A stretch of DNA of 64,000 nucleotides from an uncultured virus (IMG/VR IMGVR_UViG_3300020036_002912) (IMGVR_UViG_3300020036_002912); one strand, 5' to 3'; positions 1 through 9,806 are shown, counted from the stretch's first letter. The notes: generated by a model from the sequence alone, not told the origin. Numbers and translations are program-made.

Positions 1-532
1 TGAAATACACGTTCATAAAAAAATTCGTAGTAGAGTGCGAAATAGAAGTAAATGCTAACACACTAGCAGAAGCTAGGGAAATAGCCAATAAATCCGTATG
101 GTGTAATACTGAGGTTAGTAACGACCATACAATTACTTACTCAGGCGAAAATAAAGATACCTATACACAAGCCATAGAGGTAGTGAAAGCTCCCATGAGT
201 GTAGTAGATGGACAAGTAAGACTTAAAAACTATAAAGACTATAAAAATGATTAATAGAATTAACCTTGACAAGTACTATACGCCAGTACCGGTAGCTAGG
301 TACTGTATTGATACTGCTTTTAAATCTTTAAAAGATTTTGAAATAACAGACATAATAGAACCTTCAGCAGGTAACGGTAGTTTTTCGCCTGAGTAAGTAA
401 TTGTATGGTCGTTACTAACCTCAGTATTACACCATACTGATTTATTGGCTATTTCCCTAGCTTCTGCTAGTGTGTTAGCATTTACTTCTATTTCGCACTC
501 TACTACGAATTATTTTATGAACGTGTATTTCA
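1..532. repeat. Inverted repeat 1-151 vs ~382-532 (fold-back)
   Basis: 1-151 is the reverse complement of ~382-532 with 2 mismatches; the junction has TTTTCG/CGAAAA microhomology. Confidence 0.9.
248..388 (+). pseudogene. Truncated N-terminus of an adenine DNA methyltransferase-like ORF
   Basis: Translates MINRINLDKYYTP...DIIEPSAGNGSFS (YTP and EPSAGxGxF motif I) and is cut at the fold-back junction. Confidence 0.6.
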
Positions 533-547
533 TACTTTTTAAGTTGC

Positions 548-1183
548 TTAATTATGTTTAATATAAAAAGACCATTGACTAGCCATAGCCTTTGCAATAC
601 CTTCAAATGTTTTTGACCTTAATTTTGCTCGTTCTTCTTTTGGTAACTTCCAAGCATCAGCATACCAAGTTGGCATACTTTTACCACTTTTAAACTCGGT
701 TCTTTTCGGTGGTTCAACTATGTTTGTCGGTTGTAGTTTCGGTAATCCTTTTAACCATAGGCAAGTCTTTTTCTCAAAGGCATCGCCAAACTCATAAGGG
801 TTTATAATTTGGTCAGGTTTTCGCCATTCGCTACTCATTATTCCAACTGGGTTTTCAATTGCAACCTTTTCACAATCGCATTCAGCAAACATCTTAAAAA
901 ACTTAATTGCAAATTCTCGGTCTTTATGCCTTTGTATTGCTTGTTCGCCATACCTTTCAATGTTAAACCATCTATTTCCTGTTACAGTTAAGTAAGTGCA
1001 AGGCGGAAAGGCTATAATTAAATCCCATTTTTGTTTCAACAGTTCGGTAACATCTTGCTGTAAGTGCCATTCGGGGTGTCCGCCACTACAAGGCAACAAG
1101 TCACAACTAAATGCTTCGTGTCCTAATTTTCGCATTTCAATGCAAACCGTTTGGCTTTCTTCACACGCTAATAATATTCTCAT
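548..1183 (-). CDS. Phage-type DNA cytosine methyltransferase-like protein
   Basis: DLIIAFPPC (motif IV-like), AIENP (motif VI-like), C-terminal RSKTFxGIAxAMAxQW. Confidence 0.75.
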   Translation of the reverse strand: MRILLACEESQTVCIEMRKLGHEAFSCDLLPCSGGHPEWHLQQDVTELLKQKWDLIIAFPPCTYLTVTGNRWFNIERYGEQAIQRHKDREFAIKFFKMFAECDCEKVAIENPVGIMSSEWRKPDQIINPYEFGDAFEKKTCLWLKGLPKLQPTNIVEPPKRTEFKSGKSMPTWYADAWKLPKEERAKLRSKTFEGIAKAMASQWSFYIKHN

Positions 1184-1219
1184 ATTTCGATTAAATTTTG
1201 ATTAGTAAAAAAGTACTGT

Positions 1220-1352
1220 GCCTAACACGGTGTCATACGCTATTGGGGGTTTTATCGTAATTCGCAGCCGTGTAGCATCGTCCAAAGTTCAGTGCAACTT
1301 GATAGTTTTGCGCTCGTAAATCCCCAACAGCGCATACACCAATTCGTTAGCG
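1220..1352 (+). repeat. attC-like site A
   Basis: GCCTAAC-ac-GGTGTCATACGCTATTGGGG ... CCCCAACAGCGCATACACC-aattc-GTTAGCG; one extra C in the left arm. Confidence 0.8.
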
Positions 1353-1574
1353 AGCATAACAGATACAGCTACCTTCACTATATCCTTTACATCGTTCGCA
1401 GTAAGCCCAACTATCTTTAAACTCTTCCCATTCCACCCAGTCATATTCATCTTGCCAAGTAAATAACTTTTCCAAATAATATTCAGAGTTACGCTCGCTA
1501 ACATCAAGTAAAAGCAAGTTTTTTTCTGCTATTTTCGATGTTAGTTTTTCAATTTTACTTTTGAATCGTTTCAT
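1347..1574 (-). CDS. Cassette-borne small protein with C-terminal CxxC...CxC
   Basis: 75 aa; start lies in the loop of site B, stop in the TAAC of site A. Confidence 0.7.
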   Translation of the reverse strand: MKRFKSKIEKLTSKIAEKNLLLLDVSERNSEYYLEKLFTWQDEYDWVEWEEFKDSWAYCERCKGYSEGSCICYAR

Positions 1575-1627
1575 AATTTTGTGCTTTTAATTAATAAAAA
1601 ACCTGCTCTTACTTGCAACCGTTATAA
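1496..1627 (+). repeat. attC-like site B
   Basis: CGCTAAC-at-CAAGTAAAAGCAAGTTTTT ... AAAAACCTGCTCTTACTTG-caacc-GTTATAA. Confidence 0.8.
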
Positions 1628-1645
1628 GCAATAAAATAAAATTGC

Positions 1646-1891
1646 CTACACACGCTCAAAATATGTATCAAATTCTTCAACACTAATATTTCCTATTGAA
1701 GCCTTGTAGATATATTTTGAATTTTCTTTAACAAGTCCTTCCCAAAATTCCATCATAAGTTCCACTCTTTTGTTTTGTGCGTAATACCAAAATATATCTT
1801 CACTATTACAAGTTAATATTAAGTTACTATGGTCTCTGCCATGTTCGGGATTTTTAAGTACAAATTCAGTTTTAACTTTACATTTTTCCAT
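1646..1891 (-). CDS. Cassette-borne hypothetical protein
   Basis: 81-aa ORF between sites B and C. Confidence 0.7.
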   Translation of the reverse strand: MEKCKVKTEFVLKNPEHGRDHSNLILTCNSEDIFWYYAQNKRVELMMEFWEGLVKENSKYIYKASIGNISVEEFDTYFERV

Positions 1892-1913
1892 CGCTCAAAT
1901 TTTATTTTACAGC

Positions 1914-2004
1914 TTATAACAAAGGCTAAAAGCAATTGCCATCAAGCATAGTGCAAATTTTGAGCAGTATTTTAGGCAACTGCTCTTAGCCTCAAACGTT
2001 AGCT
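1914..2004 (+). repeat. attC-like site C
   Basis: TTATAAC-aa-AGGCTAAAAGCAATTGCC ... GGCAACTGCTCTTAGCCT-caaac-GTTAGCT. Confidence 0.8.
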
Positions 2005-2304
2005 TCAATTGCCTACCAACGCACTAACACGCTCTTTAGCTTGTTTAATAAAATGGTCATATTGCTCGCTGTCAATATGTTCTTGACTTGTAAGCTTTAA
2101 TAAGCTATCAAGCAATAATGGCGCAGCTTCAAATAGTTTTGCATTTGCTAATCCCTGTTCTAATGACGGCATATCTTTTTCTCCTTCTACTGTAAAAAAA
2201 GCCTTTCCAATATTTGTTGTTTTACCATCATCGGAATCACACATTATCGCAAATCCGTTTATAAAACTTCTGCGCCATTTCCCTTTTGTTATTTTATTTT
2301 CCAT
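2005..2304 (-). CDS. Cassette-borne hypothetical protein (TxGxW ... ANAKLFxAAPxLL type)
   Basis: Likely start is ATG 2304 (MENKITKGKW); motif pattern common in small phage proteins. Confidence 0.7.
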   Translation of the reverse strand: MENKITKGKWRRSFINGFAIMCDSDDGKTTNIGKAFFTVEGEKDMPSLEQGLANAKLFEAAPLLLDSLLKLTSQEHIDSEQYDHFIKQAKERVSALVGN

Positions 2305-2350
2305 AATATATTTTATTAAATTGTTCTTAAATCCAGCGAAAGGCAACTAA

Positions 2351-2407
2351 AGCTAACAGCGTATAAAAGCCATTGAAAAAACGGCTCTTATACGCCTACC
2401 GTTATGA
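2351..2407 (+). repeat. attC-like site D
   Basis: AGCTAAC-a-GCGTATAAAAGCC ... GGCTCTTATACGC-ctacc-GTTATGA; overlaps the stop codon of 2402-3421. Confidence 0.8.
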
Positions 2408-3421
2408 GCGCACACTGGCTTCCTGGTAGAATCTAACACCATTAAACACGCCTTCTTTTAAATCCTCAGATTTCAAATGAGCCTTCACTGCTGTTTCGTC
2501 TAAGGTGATCCATTCGATAGGTAATTTACTTTTATCCACTAATTCAAACCTCCAAATCTTTCTCACTCCGGATGTCTTTTCTGTTTCTTGTTTAGCGGCT
2601 AAGGCTTTTAATTCTTCAGTGGCTTTTTTATCAGCTTCTTCTTTCTCTCTTTTTAACTTAGCTTCTTCTGCTTTGATAGCTAAATCTCTTTCTTCGGCAG
2701 CTAATTTTTCTTTTTGTAGAGCAAGCTCTTCTTTGCGTTTAGCGAGTTGTAATTCTTCATCACTAAGCACATCCGCCGATATGAGAAGCATTTTTTTATT
2801 CTCGATCATGCTCACATAATTATCTCTTAGCTCATAAGCTAAATCAGCATGCTGTAAGAATTTCTCTCTAAGAGGGTAATTAGAATGAATGTAGGCTAAT
2901 GTTTTATCGGCTTCTTCGGGTGTTTTGATCGCTTCTAATTTGTCCTTGAACCACTTTGTGTATTTACCGTTAATGCTATCAAGAATGTCTTTAGATAGCT
3001 TTTGTTCTTCTTCTAATTTCTTAGCTTCCGCTGCGGATTTTTCTTCGAGTAATCGTAGTTCTTCTTTTTTACGCTCTTCAAGTTTAGCATCCCAATCTTT
3101 GATTTGCTCTTTAATGTGATTAATCCCGGATTGCAGAGGCTCTTTTAATTCAGCACCGATACGATCAATTTCTTTACACGCCACAAGGTGAGGTGATTTA
3201 ATCTCCACGCGTTTTTCTTCCACGAATTTAAGCATGTCGTTTGCTTTGGATAGGTTTTGTTGGGCGATCGCGAGGGTAGTTTCATCTGTGATGATAATTT
3301 GCTCACAATTGGCTTTAATAAGCTCTGCTTGTTCTTTGAATGCAGATATTGAGTCAAGTGATTTCTGTAAGTCATCGCTTAACATTATCACTGCTTCGGT
3401 TGGTTTTTCTTTCTTTGCCAT
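2402..3421 (-). CDS. Coiled-coil phage protein (recombination-module type; C-terminal RKxWxFE...GVRFY)
   Basis: 339 aa, helical and charged; C-terminal motif common in phage recombination modules. Confidence 0.6.
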   Translation of the reverse strand: MAKKEKPTEAVIMLSDDLQKSLDSISAFKEQAELIKANCEQIIITDETTLAIAQQNLSKANDMLKFVEEKRVEIKSPHLVACKEIDRIGAELKEPLQSGINHIKEQIKDWDAKLEERKKEELRLLEEKSAAEAKKLEEEQKLSKDILDSINGKYTKWFKDKLEAIKTPEEADKTLAYIHSNYPLREKFLQHADLAYELRDNYVSMIENKKMLLISADVLSDEELQLAKRKEELALQKEKLAAEERDLAIKAEEAKLKREKEEADKKATEELKALAAKQETEKTSGVRKIWRFELVDKSKLPIEWITLDETAVKAHLKSEDLKEGVFNGVRFYQEASVRS

Positions 3422-3426
3422 ATTGG

Positions 3427-3657
3427 TTATTTGTTTAAGTCGTCTTTAATGAATTTTATAGCCCTCAACACTGCTTTTGCTTTTAGTTCAGCTTCTTCTA
3501 GGGTGTTGTTCTTAAAAGAAACGCCTTCTTCGTGAATAGTGGTTATGTCTATATGCTCGGTTTCGTGATTATATGTAGCATCAACTACTTGTGTTTTAAC
3601 GCCTGGTTTTGATGCCACTGACTTAATGGTTGTCCATTTTTTATATACCTTAATCAT
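3427..3657 (-). CDS. Hypothetical protein
   Basis: 76-aa ORF within the leftward operon. Confidence 0.6.
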   Translation of the reverse strand: MIKVYKKWTTIKSVASKPGVKTQVVDATYNHETEHIDITTIHEEGVSFKNNTLEEAELKAKAVLRAIKFIKDDLNK

Positions 3658-3662
3658 GGTTG

Positions 3663-3965
3663 TTATTTTAAAGTTTTATGTTTGTATGTGCGGTGATCCT
3701 TCATGTATCCTTTATGCTTTTCCTTATCGTAATATTGCATTGTCCCTCCGCGCTCTTCTCTTCGCTCTAAATTCTTTTCAAGCTTCTTTGGATCAATAGT
3801 AAATTGAATTAACCGGCGCGACACTTTAAACATCTTAGCTAGCCTTCTTTGACTGTATCCTTGATTGCTCCAATAACAAATCATTTCCTTCTGACAAGGC
3901 AAAAGCTTAACACTTCTCTTTAAGAAGGGGCTTTGTAATGATTGCTTATCGGTTTTGTAAGGCAT
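3663..3965 (-). CDS. HTH DNA-binding protein
   Basis: SQRRLAKMFKVSRRLIQF helix-turn-helix pattern. Confidence 0.7.
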   Translation of the reverse strand: MPYKTDKQSLQSPFLKRSVKLLPCQKEMICYWSNQGYSQRRLAKMFKVSRRLIQFTIDPKKLEKNLERREERGGTMQYYDKEKHKGYMKDHRTYKHKTLK

Positions 3966-3967
3966 AA

Positions 3968-4255
3968 TTAATCTTCTTTTAAGAATAAATCTTCAAAAGT
4001 TTTACCAGCATTATTAAGTTCTCCACCTGTACCGAAAAGTATAATTTTACCAAGGGGCTTATTGATTAATTGTGTTGGTTTACACGATTCAAAAGCATCA
4101 ATTAAGCCTTGTCTTTCTTGGTTTGTCATTATAATCGGCAGTCCGCTTTCGAGGTCAGGAACGATACAAAAATCAGGCTTACCTTCAATTTGCTTTCTTG
4201 CGTGTTCCCAGCAAGCTTCAAAATACCCGGTGTTTGGCGATAATCCTTTTAGCAT
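3968..4255 (-). CDS. Hypothetical protein
   Basis: 95-aa ORF within the operon. Confidence 0.6.
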   Translation of the reverse strand: MLKGLSPNTGYFEACWEHARKQIEGKPDFCIVPDLESGLPIIMTNQERQGLIDAFESCKPTQLINKPLGKIILFGTGGELNNAGKTFEDLFLKED

Positions 4256-4433
4256 AATTATTGGTTATTTGTGTTTTTTAGCGTAAAGTTTATTTAATTC
4301 ACTGGTTATTTCTTTTTGTAGCTTGTCTGCTGTATTAGTGAACCCTCCAATATACGCATAATGCTTTTGAAGTGCTTTCTTGATTATGAATTTTATTTTG
4401 CTTTTTTTCATAGCTATTTGTTTATTGGTTAAT

Positions 4434-4480
4434 GCAAATATACTACTTTAAACGTAATCTTTTGATAAAAGTTACAAATA
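4434..4480 (-). promoter_or_regulatory. Bacteroidota-type promoter with TTGATAAAAGTTACAA box
   Basis: TATATTTG -7 element on the minus strand; closely similar to 10896-10940. Confidence 0.7.
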
Positions 4481-4493
4481 AATTGTTAAATGT

Positions 4494-5810
4494 TTAAAAC
4501 TGGTTTTCTTCTCTATCTAAGAACTGAGAATATTGTTTGGCAAACTTCACATACGTGGCTCCAGTGCTTCCGTACCGGTTCTTGGCCTTATTGATCTCAC
4601 AAAGCCCTCGTAAATCATTTCCTTGTCCGTCCACTGGATTAGGATCGTAATAATCTGGGCGGTACATCAACCATATCTGTTGAGCATTTGCTTCTATAGC
4701 TCCTGATTCTTTTAAGTCTGTCATCACTGGTCTTGGGCCGCTTGGTCTTTTAGCAATATCCCTAACCAATTGCGACAGCTCGATTAACCCTACATTATAT
4801 TGTTTTGCAAGGTTGGCTAAATTATTACACTTTATAGACATCCTTGTTTCTGAATTTTCTCTCGCGTCTTCAGGGCACGATCCCATAATTTGTATGTAGT
4901 CTATAAACCCAACTATCATTGTTTTCATGGGCACTTTTTTTCTAATCTGCTTAAAAACAGACTCCACGTATTTATATGTGATGTTAGGGTTGTCGTCTAT
5001 AGTAATATTGTTTCTGAACTTTTTTCTTGAAGCTTCAATACGAGCATATTCTTCATCTGTTACGTCGCCTAATGTTAGTTTGTTGGTATTAAAACCAAAC
5101 ATGTTTGCCCATAGGTTAGTCACGATTTGCTCCGCCGACATCTCGATGCTAAAAAACACCATTGGCACATCTTTATCAATAGCTAAATTCTTTATTATAC
5201 TAACAACAAGCGAGCTTTTACCCATGCCTGGCGCTGCACCTATAACTGTGATCCCCTTCATTATCATCAGGTCCCCAAGGCCAATCCTGTATCCCGGTTC
5301 CACTTTTTTTTCTTTAAGCTCTTTAAGTCTTGTTAGCGCGCTATCAAATACCTCTGTTATAGTGGTAGTTTTTTGTACGTTGTTTATTACAGCGTCGATG
5401 TCAGTGATCTTGTTCTTCACCACGCTTATCACGTCCTGCACATTTCCTATACCTGAATTGAGATCCAGATATGTTTGGTGTAATATCGGCTTCATCACCT
5501 CACGGGTGTAATTATCAAACAGAATTATCACACCTTCTTTAGGACTCATTTTTGTTATGGCATCCGCGGTGGTGAGTTTAATACATATTTCTTTTAATCC
5601 TTTTTCGGGGTATCCTAATGATTTGAGATTGTTGTAAAGCGAAGCTCCGTCGGTGAATACATTTTTAGCATGATTGTTTTTAATGAACTTATAAGCATTC
5701 TTGTTCACTCCGGTGAATAGGTGTGCGCCTACAAGGTGATCTATCCCGTCGAATAGCGATGGGGTGTTGGCGTATGTTCCTATAAGCTTTTCTTCAATCT
5801 CTAAATACAT
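4494..5810 (-). CDS. dnaB: DnaB-like replicative helicase
   Basis: GAAPGMGKS Walker A, FFSIEMS, IDYIQ, LSQL, DLKESGAIEANA, KAKNRYG. Confidence 0.95.
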   Translation of the reverse strand: MYLEIEEKLIGTYANTPSLFDGIDHLVGAHLFTGVNKNAYKFIKNNHAKNVFTDGASLYNNLKSLGYPEKGLKEICIKLTTADAITKMSPKEGVIILFDNYTREVMKPILHQTYLDLNSGIGNVQDVISVVKNKITDIDAVINNVQKTTTITEVFDSALTRLKELKEKKVEPGYRIGLGDLMIMKGITVIGAAPGMGKSSLVVSIIKNLAIDKDVPMVFFSIEMSAEQIVTNLWANMFGFNTNKLTLGDVTDEEYARIEASRKKFRNNITIDDNPNITYKYVESVFKQIRKKVPMKTMIVGFIDYIQIMGSCPEDARENSETRMSIKCNNLANLAKQYNVGLIELSQLVRDIAKRPSGPRPVMTDLKESGAIEANAQQIWLMYRPDYYDPNPVDGQGNDLRGLCEINKAKNRYGSTGATYVKFAKQYSQFLDREENQF

Positions 5811-6262
5811 AGTTCTCTTAGTTTTGCTTTGTCTTTACAAAGTTCCATAATTTGCTTCTCGTATTTCTTCTCGTAGAATTGAACGCTAATGTGATCTCCG
5901 TTTCTTTCTTCCGGCACCACTACGAGATAGGTCCATCCATGAAATACAGCGTTTCTCATTATCATGCAGAGTAACCCGCTTTTGTAATATTCAACAGCTT
6001 TCTCTTTAGTCCATTTGTCTTTTAGTATGTACTTAGACATTTGCACTGAGGTTTTCCAACATTCTGTTTTCTCTTCGGGGGTAATTGTAATCTGTCCGCC
6101 GGGTATTTCTAAGCAAAGATTAGGAGTGAATAGATCATAAGCCATTGCTCCGTATTTCTTATTCTTGATTATGTGATACCACCAACCGTCGCTCAATTGT
6201 GTGTCAAAGGCGTATTCCATTACATCTAACACTAATCTTTCTGTCACTGATAGTTTAAGCAT
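5801..6262 (-). CDS. Hypothetical protein in replication module
   Basis: Overlaps the dnaB start. Confidence 0.65.
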   Translation of the reverse strand: MLKLSVTERLVLDVMEYAFDTQLSDGWWYHIIKNKKYGAMAYDLFTPNLCLEIPGGQITITPEEKTECWKTSVQMSKYILKDKWTKEKAVEYYKSGLLCMIMRNAVFHGWTYLVVVPEERNGDHISVQFYEKKYEKQIMELCKDKAKLRELCI

Positions 6263-6263
6263 C

Positions 6264-6632
6264 TTAATCTTTCTGGAAGAAATTATTCACTACTTTACTT
6301 TGCGTTGCTACATTACCAGTGTCTTCGTTTTCCTTTTTGAACCAAACACCGATCGCTTTTTGTCTCCAGTTCTTTACTTGGTTTCCTTTACCGTCTTTCC
6401 AATTTGCGGAGTCGTAGTATTCCCAAAACTTAATAGCTGCTGATTCAAGGTATTTCTTGCTTTTGAAATATTCTTTCACCTCTTCTTTTGATGGGGGAGT
6501 AAAAGATTTAGAGGGCTTAACATCCGCCGATCCGATTTTCTTTAATATAAGCTTGCCGTCAATTAAGTTATAACAGAACACTTCCGTTCCCATTATAAAC
6601 TCTTCTCCGGGTTCAATCTTTTTTCTTTTCAT
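6264..6632 (-). CDS. Phage replication initiator/DnaD-like C-terminal domain protein
   Basis: FTPPSKEEVKEY...FWEYY...WKDGKGNQVKNWRQ pattern; lies upstream of dnaB. Confidence 0.65.
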   Translation of the reverse strand: MKRKKIEPGEEFIMGTEVFCYNLIDGKLILKKIGSADVKPSKSFTPPSKEEVKEYFKSKKYLESAAIKFWEYYDSANWKDGKGNQVKNWRQKAIGVWFKKENEDTGNVATQSKVVNNFFQKD

Positions 6633-6811
6633 GGTTTAAGAAATGTAAAGCTCCAGTTTTTCACATCAATTGTTTTGGTGTATCCGTGTCTTTCGGAGAA
6701 TAATTTATTCCATTTCCTTAAATCTTTACAGCAAATGCCGTATCCGAATATCCTAAACCAAAACATTCCGCCTCCGTGAAAGCTACTAAAAAATTTGTGT
6801 TTAATTTCCAT
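6629..6811 (-). CDS. Hypothetical protein
   Basis: 60 aa, translationally coupled to its neighbours. Confidence 0.55.
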   Translation of the reverse strand: MEIKHKFFSSFHGGGMFWFRIFGYGICCKDLRKWNKLFSERHGYTKTIDVKNWSFTFLKP

Positions 6812-7191
6812 TACAAATCTGTAATAATTTTTACTTGTTCAATTTCGTTACCGGCCTGTAACGGTTCTGCATTTGCTTCAGGCGCATCGGCGGATGCTCT
6901 CATTTCTTCAAGACCTTTAAAAGCCTTATACATAGCAAAAGCATAATCTCCTAATGTTTTTAATCCTTTCTGAGCCTGCATTGTTTTAAGCAATCTGTCA
7001 TTGATTTGAGCTTTCACTTTACCTGTGTGGTTGGACTTCTCTTCTTTGATGTGTTCGATCCATTCTCCACATACATATTCAGCAATAGCCATCGCCGCGA
7101 TGTCGTTTTCTAATGTAGATTCGTATTCGGTGTTTGTACCGTTCTCGTCTAACGTGATCTTGTACCTAATTGTTCCTTCTATTGTTGTCAT
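6811..7191 (-). CDS. Hypothetical protein
   Basis: Probable start MTTIEG at 7191, coupled to the helicase stop (TAATG). Confidence 0.6.
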   Translation of the reverse strand: MTTIEGTIRYKITLDENGTNTEYESTLENDIAAMAIAEYVCGEWIEHIKEEKSNHTGKVKAQINDRLLKTMQAQKGLKTLGDYAFAMYKAFKGLEEMRASADAPEANAEPLQAGNEIEQVKIITDL

Positions 7192-8735
7192 TATTTTTGT
7201 TTTTCTAATTTCTTTTTCACTTCCCACATCGCGGCGTTAACATCTCCGATTGTGATTATTCTATCACTAACATCGTATCCGTGGTATTTTAATAAATTAA
7301 TTTGTTTCTGATTTGCCGGTTGCTGAGAGATAATTTCACTGCACATTTTTTTAGTGTAATGGTTATTTACCACATCATATCCTAAACTAACTATCCACTT
7401 CAATTGAGCTTCAGTGGCGCTTTCTTCCATCTTAATAGACTTGCTTATTTTAAGCTTAGGTATTTTAAGTAATGTTACTCTCTCGTCTTTATCCCTTGTG
7501 TGTTCTAATTTTGCCTTTCTTGATGCTAATAATTTCTCTCTCTTTTCTCTCGTAATAAACACTCTTTCTTCAGGATGTTTATCTTTGTCAAGCTCCCATG
7601 AGTTTACTAAGTTATGTCTATTTGTCGAATCCACAAAGTCCAACACTATACAGTTCTGCCCAAACTTATCGACAAATTCTTTAGACTTTAACCTGGTTCC
7701 TCTCCCCGTACACTGTATATATTTTGTTAATGATTTAGTTGGCGAAGCATGCCCAATCACTCCGGTGTCTGGAATATCAATCCCCGTAGTAAGCACCATT
7801 ACGTTTGTAAGTATTGTTATAATGCCTTTTGAATACAGATCAATATTCTCTTGTCTGTTTGGAGTTAGTTCTTCATTAGAGCTTATTGCTGCTGTCCTAA
7901 TACCCATTTCATTAAACACTTGCGCTAAATGAATAGCGTGATTTATGTCGGCACAAAAGAATATTCCCCGTCTTCCTTTAGCGTATTTGATATAGCTACT
8001 TACCACAAGTTGGTTTCGCTCAGGGGTGTCAATTTCTTCCGCTAAATCTTTTTGATTAAGCTCTCCGCCGGTTGTTCTTACCTTGTCTAAACTAACTGTA
8101 GTTTTAACGCGTATAGCGTCTAATTCGCATAAGTAACCGTTCTCAACTCCTTCTTTTATCCCGTACTCATAAACGATCTCGTCAAACACGTCTCCTAACT
8201 GCAAGTTGTCCTCTCTTGTAGGGGTCGCTGAAATTCCAACGAGTAATTTTGGAGTGAAGTGAGTTAAAAACTTAACCCAAGTAGTGGCAGCCGCAAGGTG
8301 ACATTCGTCTACGATTATCAAATCAAACATTTCGGGGCTTAACTTGTCTAATCTTCTGTGAAGCGTTTGTGCGGATGCTATAACTACATTTCCAGCAGGC
8401 TCAAACACATCAGCTTTAATAAGGCCCATTCTGAAATCATTAAGCGCGAATAGTCCTTTATTTCTTATATAATCAACAAATCCTATTTTAGCTACGTGAT
8501 TAGCAAATGAGTCGTCGAAATATTCTCTAATAAAAGCTATGGCACTTTGTGATGTAAGTTCTTCTGTGTGTGTTATCCATAATGTTTTGGGATATTCTTT
8601 ACAGATATTAACGGCAGTGAATGTTTTTCCAAGGCCGGTTGCCATAGAAATTATCTGCTTGTTTACACCGCGGGATAATGCTTCTTTGCTAGCTTCAATA
8701 GCTTTTATTTGATATGGCCTTAGTTCTTTAGTCAC
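7191..8735 (-). CDS. Superfamily 2 DExH helicase (ResIII/YejH-like)
   Basis: LRPYQ, ATGLGKT, DECH, SATP, QCTGRGTR. Confidence 0.92.
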   Translation of the reverse strand: MTKELRPYQIKAIEASKEALSRGVNKQIISMATGLGKTFTAVNICKEYPKTLWITHTEELTSQSAIAFIREYFDDSFANHVAKIGFVDYIRNKGLFALNDFRMGLIKADVFEPAGNVVIASAQTLHRRLDKLSPEMFDLIIVDECHLAAATTWVKFLTHFTPKLLVGISATPTREDNLQLGDVFDEIVYEYGIKEGVENGYLCELDAIRVKTTVSLDKVRTTGGELNQKDLAEEIDTPERNQLVVSSYIKYAKGRRGIFFCADINHAIHLAQVFNEMGIRTAAISSNEELTPNRQENIDLYSKGIITILTNVMVLTTGIDIPDTGVIGHASPTKSLTKYIQCTGRGTRLKSKEFVDKFGQNCIVLDFVDSTNRHNLVNSWELDKDKHPEERVFITREKREKLLASRKAKLEHTRDKDERVTLLKIPKLKISKSIKMEESATEAQLKWIVSLGYDVVNNHYTKKMCSEIISQQPANQKQINLLKYHGYDVSDRIITIGDVNAAMWEVKKKLEKQK

Positions 8736-8749
8736 TGGTTAAGCTATTT

Positions 8750-9346
8750 TTATTTATCGCGTAAGAATTCTTCTTTAAAGAACCACAATATTTCTTCTTT
8801 TTGTCCAGGACTATAATAGCATATAGATCCTAATGTTTTTCCGTTTGCCCACTCATTGAATTTCTTAACAGTTCTTTCCCATCTTTTCTCCTTTATTTTT
8901 TTAATGGCCTTTTTGAACTCTGAAAATACAGCGCTAGGTTTGTCGGCGCGGTTCCCCACCACTTTTGTTTGGCCGGTGTGGGTGAATGATCCGTCTTTGT
9001 TGCGCATTGATTTTTTACTATCGAAATGCTTTTGTGCGTAATCAAGGCTTTCTTTGTACCAAATTACATTTATCTTATCCTCAACATATTCCTTAATCTC
9101 TCCTGTTTCAATGTAGCGAAGTATTTTGTGGATTTCGGTGGCTTTGAATGTTGGTCTTTGTCGTATAGGAATGAACGCCTGTGAATAAACAAGGCCAGCA
9201 TCTCCGTACCCTATAATTCTTGTGCATTCGTTAAGCTTTCCCCATATACCAACTCCGTCATCATACCCCGCCATCACTAAAAGCGTTTCAATTTCCACTA
9301 ATTCTTGTGGTGTTCCTGTGATAATAATTTCAGGTAGTTTTTTCAT
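8750..9346 (-). CDS. Hypothetical protein
   Basis: 198-aa ORF with AACCAATAAA leader. Confidence 0.65.
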   Translation of the reverse strand: MKKLPEIIITGTPQELVEIETLLVMAGYDDGVGIWGKLNECTRIIGYGDAGLVYSQAFIPIRQRPTFKATEIHKILRYIETGEIKEYVEDKINVIWYKESLDYAQKHFDSKKSMRNKDGSFTHTGQTKVVGNRADKPSAVFSEFKKAIKKIKEKRWERTVKKFNEWANGKTLGSICYYSPGQKEEILWFFKEEFLRDK

Positions 9347-9549
9347 GTTGTGTTTGTTTATTGGTTAAAGGTTAAAAAGAACCGGATTAGAGCACCGGTG
9401 CCTGATGTGTTTAAAACTTCACAGGTGGAACTAGAGTTAAGGGCATCTAGGACCGCTAAATAAGGACGTGGTACTTGTTACTATTAACGTACGCTAATAA
9501 CAAGGTTATTTTTACATCCGCCCACGCCTAACGGCTATTTTTAAAAAGA

Positions 9550-9614
9550 TAACCACCACCCCGAAATATAACAAGCTTAATACTAAATAAATGACCGGTA
9601 AGGGGCGGTGGTTA
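9550..9614 (-). ncRNA. Putative stem-closed small RNA
   Basis: TAACCACCACCCC / GGGGCGGTGGTTA terminal stem around an AT-rich loop. Confidence 0.4.
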
Positions 9615-9620
9615 ATGTTA

Positions 9621-9713
9621 TAATAGTCCATAGTGTTTAGCGTGGGCTTTTTTAAGGCTTCACAGTATCAGAGTTTCCTCCGCGTGATACAGAGCATGCA
9701 CTATGGTCTATTA
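9621..9713 (-). ncRNA. Putative multi-stem small RNA
   Basis: 15-bp terminal stem TAATAGTCCATAGTG / CACTATGGTCTATTA with two internal hairpins. Confidence 0.5.
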
Positions 9714-9721
9714 TTAATGGG

Positions 9722-9785
9722 TTGCGCGGTACATGGATGCTCAAAAAACTCAATTTAATAATTAAATTTATTCCCCTCCGCGCAA
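9722..9785 (-). ncRNA. Putative stem-closed small RNA
   Basis: TTGCGCGG / CCGCGCAA terminal stem, preceded by boxA-like GTTCTTTGA. Confidence 0.4.
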
Positions 9786-9806
9786 TATATTCAAAGAACT
9801 TATTTG

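Larger units (their letters stand above)
1215..2407 (+). mobile_element. attC-like gene cassette array 1 (4 sites, A-D)
   Basis: Four YAAC...hairpin...GTT sites; the two ends of each intervening segment are complementary over 9-16 nt. Confidence 0.8.

Noticed and set aside
1289..1507. 72-aa minus ORF overlapping site A
   Set aside because: Alternate frame of 1347-1574, which fits the cassette boundaries better
9621..9713. Hammerhead ribozyme
   Set aside because: CUGANGA/GAAA core not found in the required arrangement
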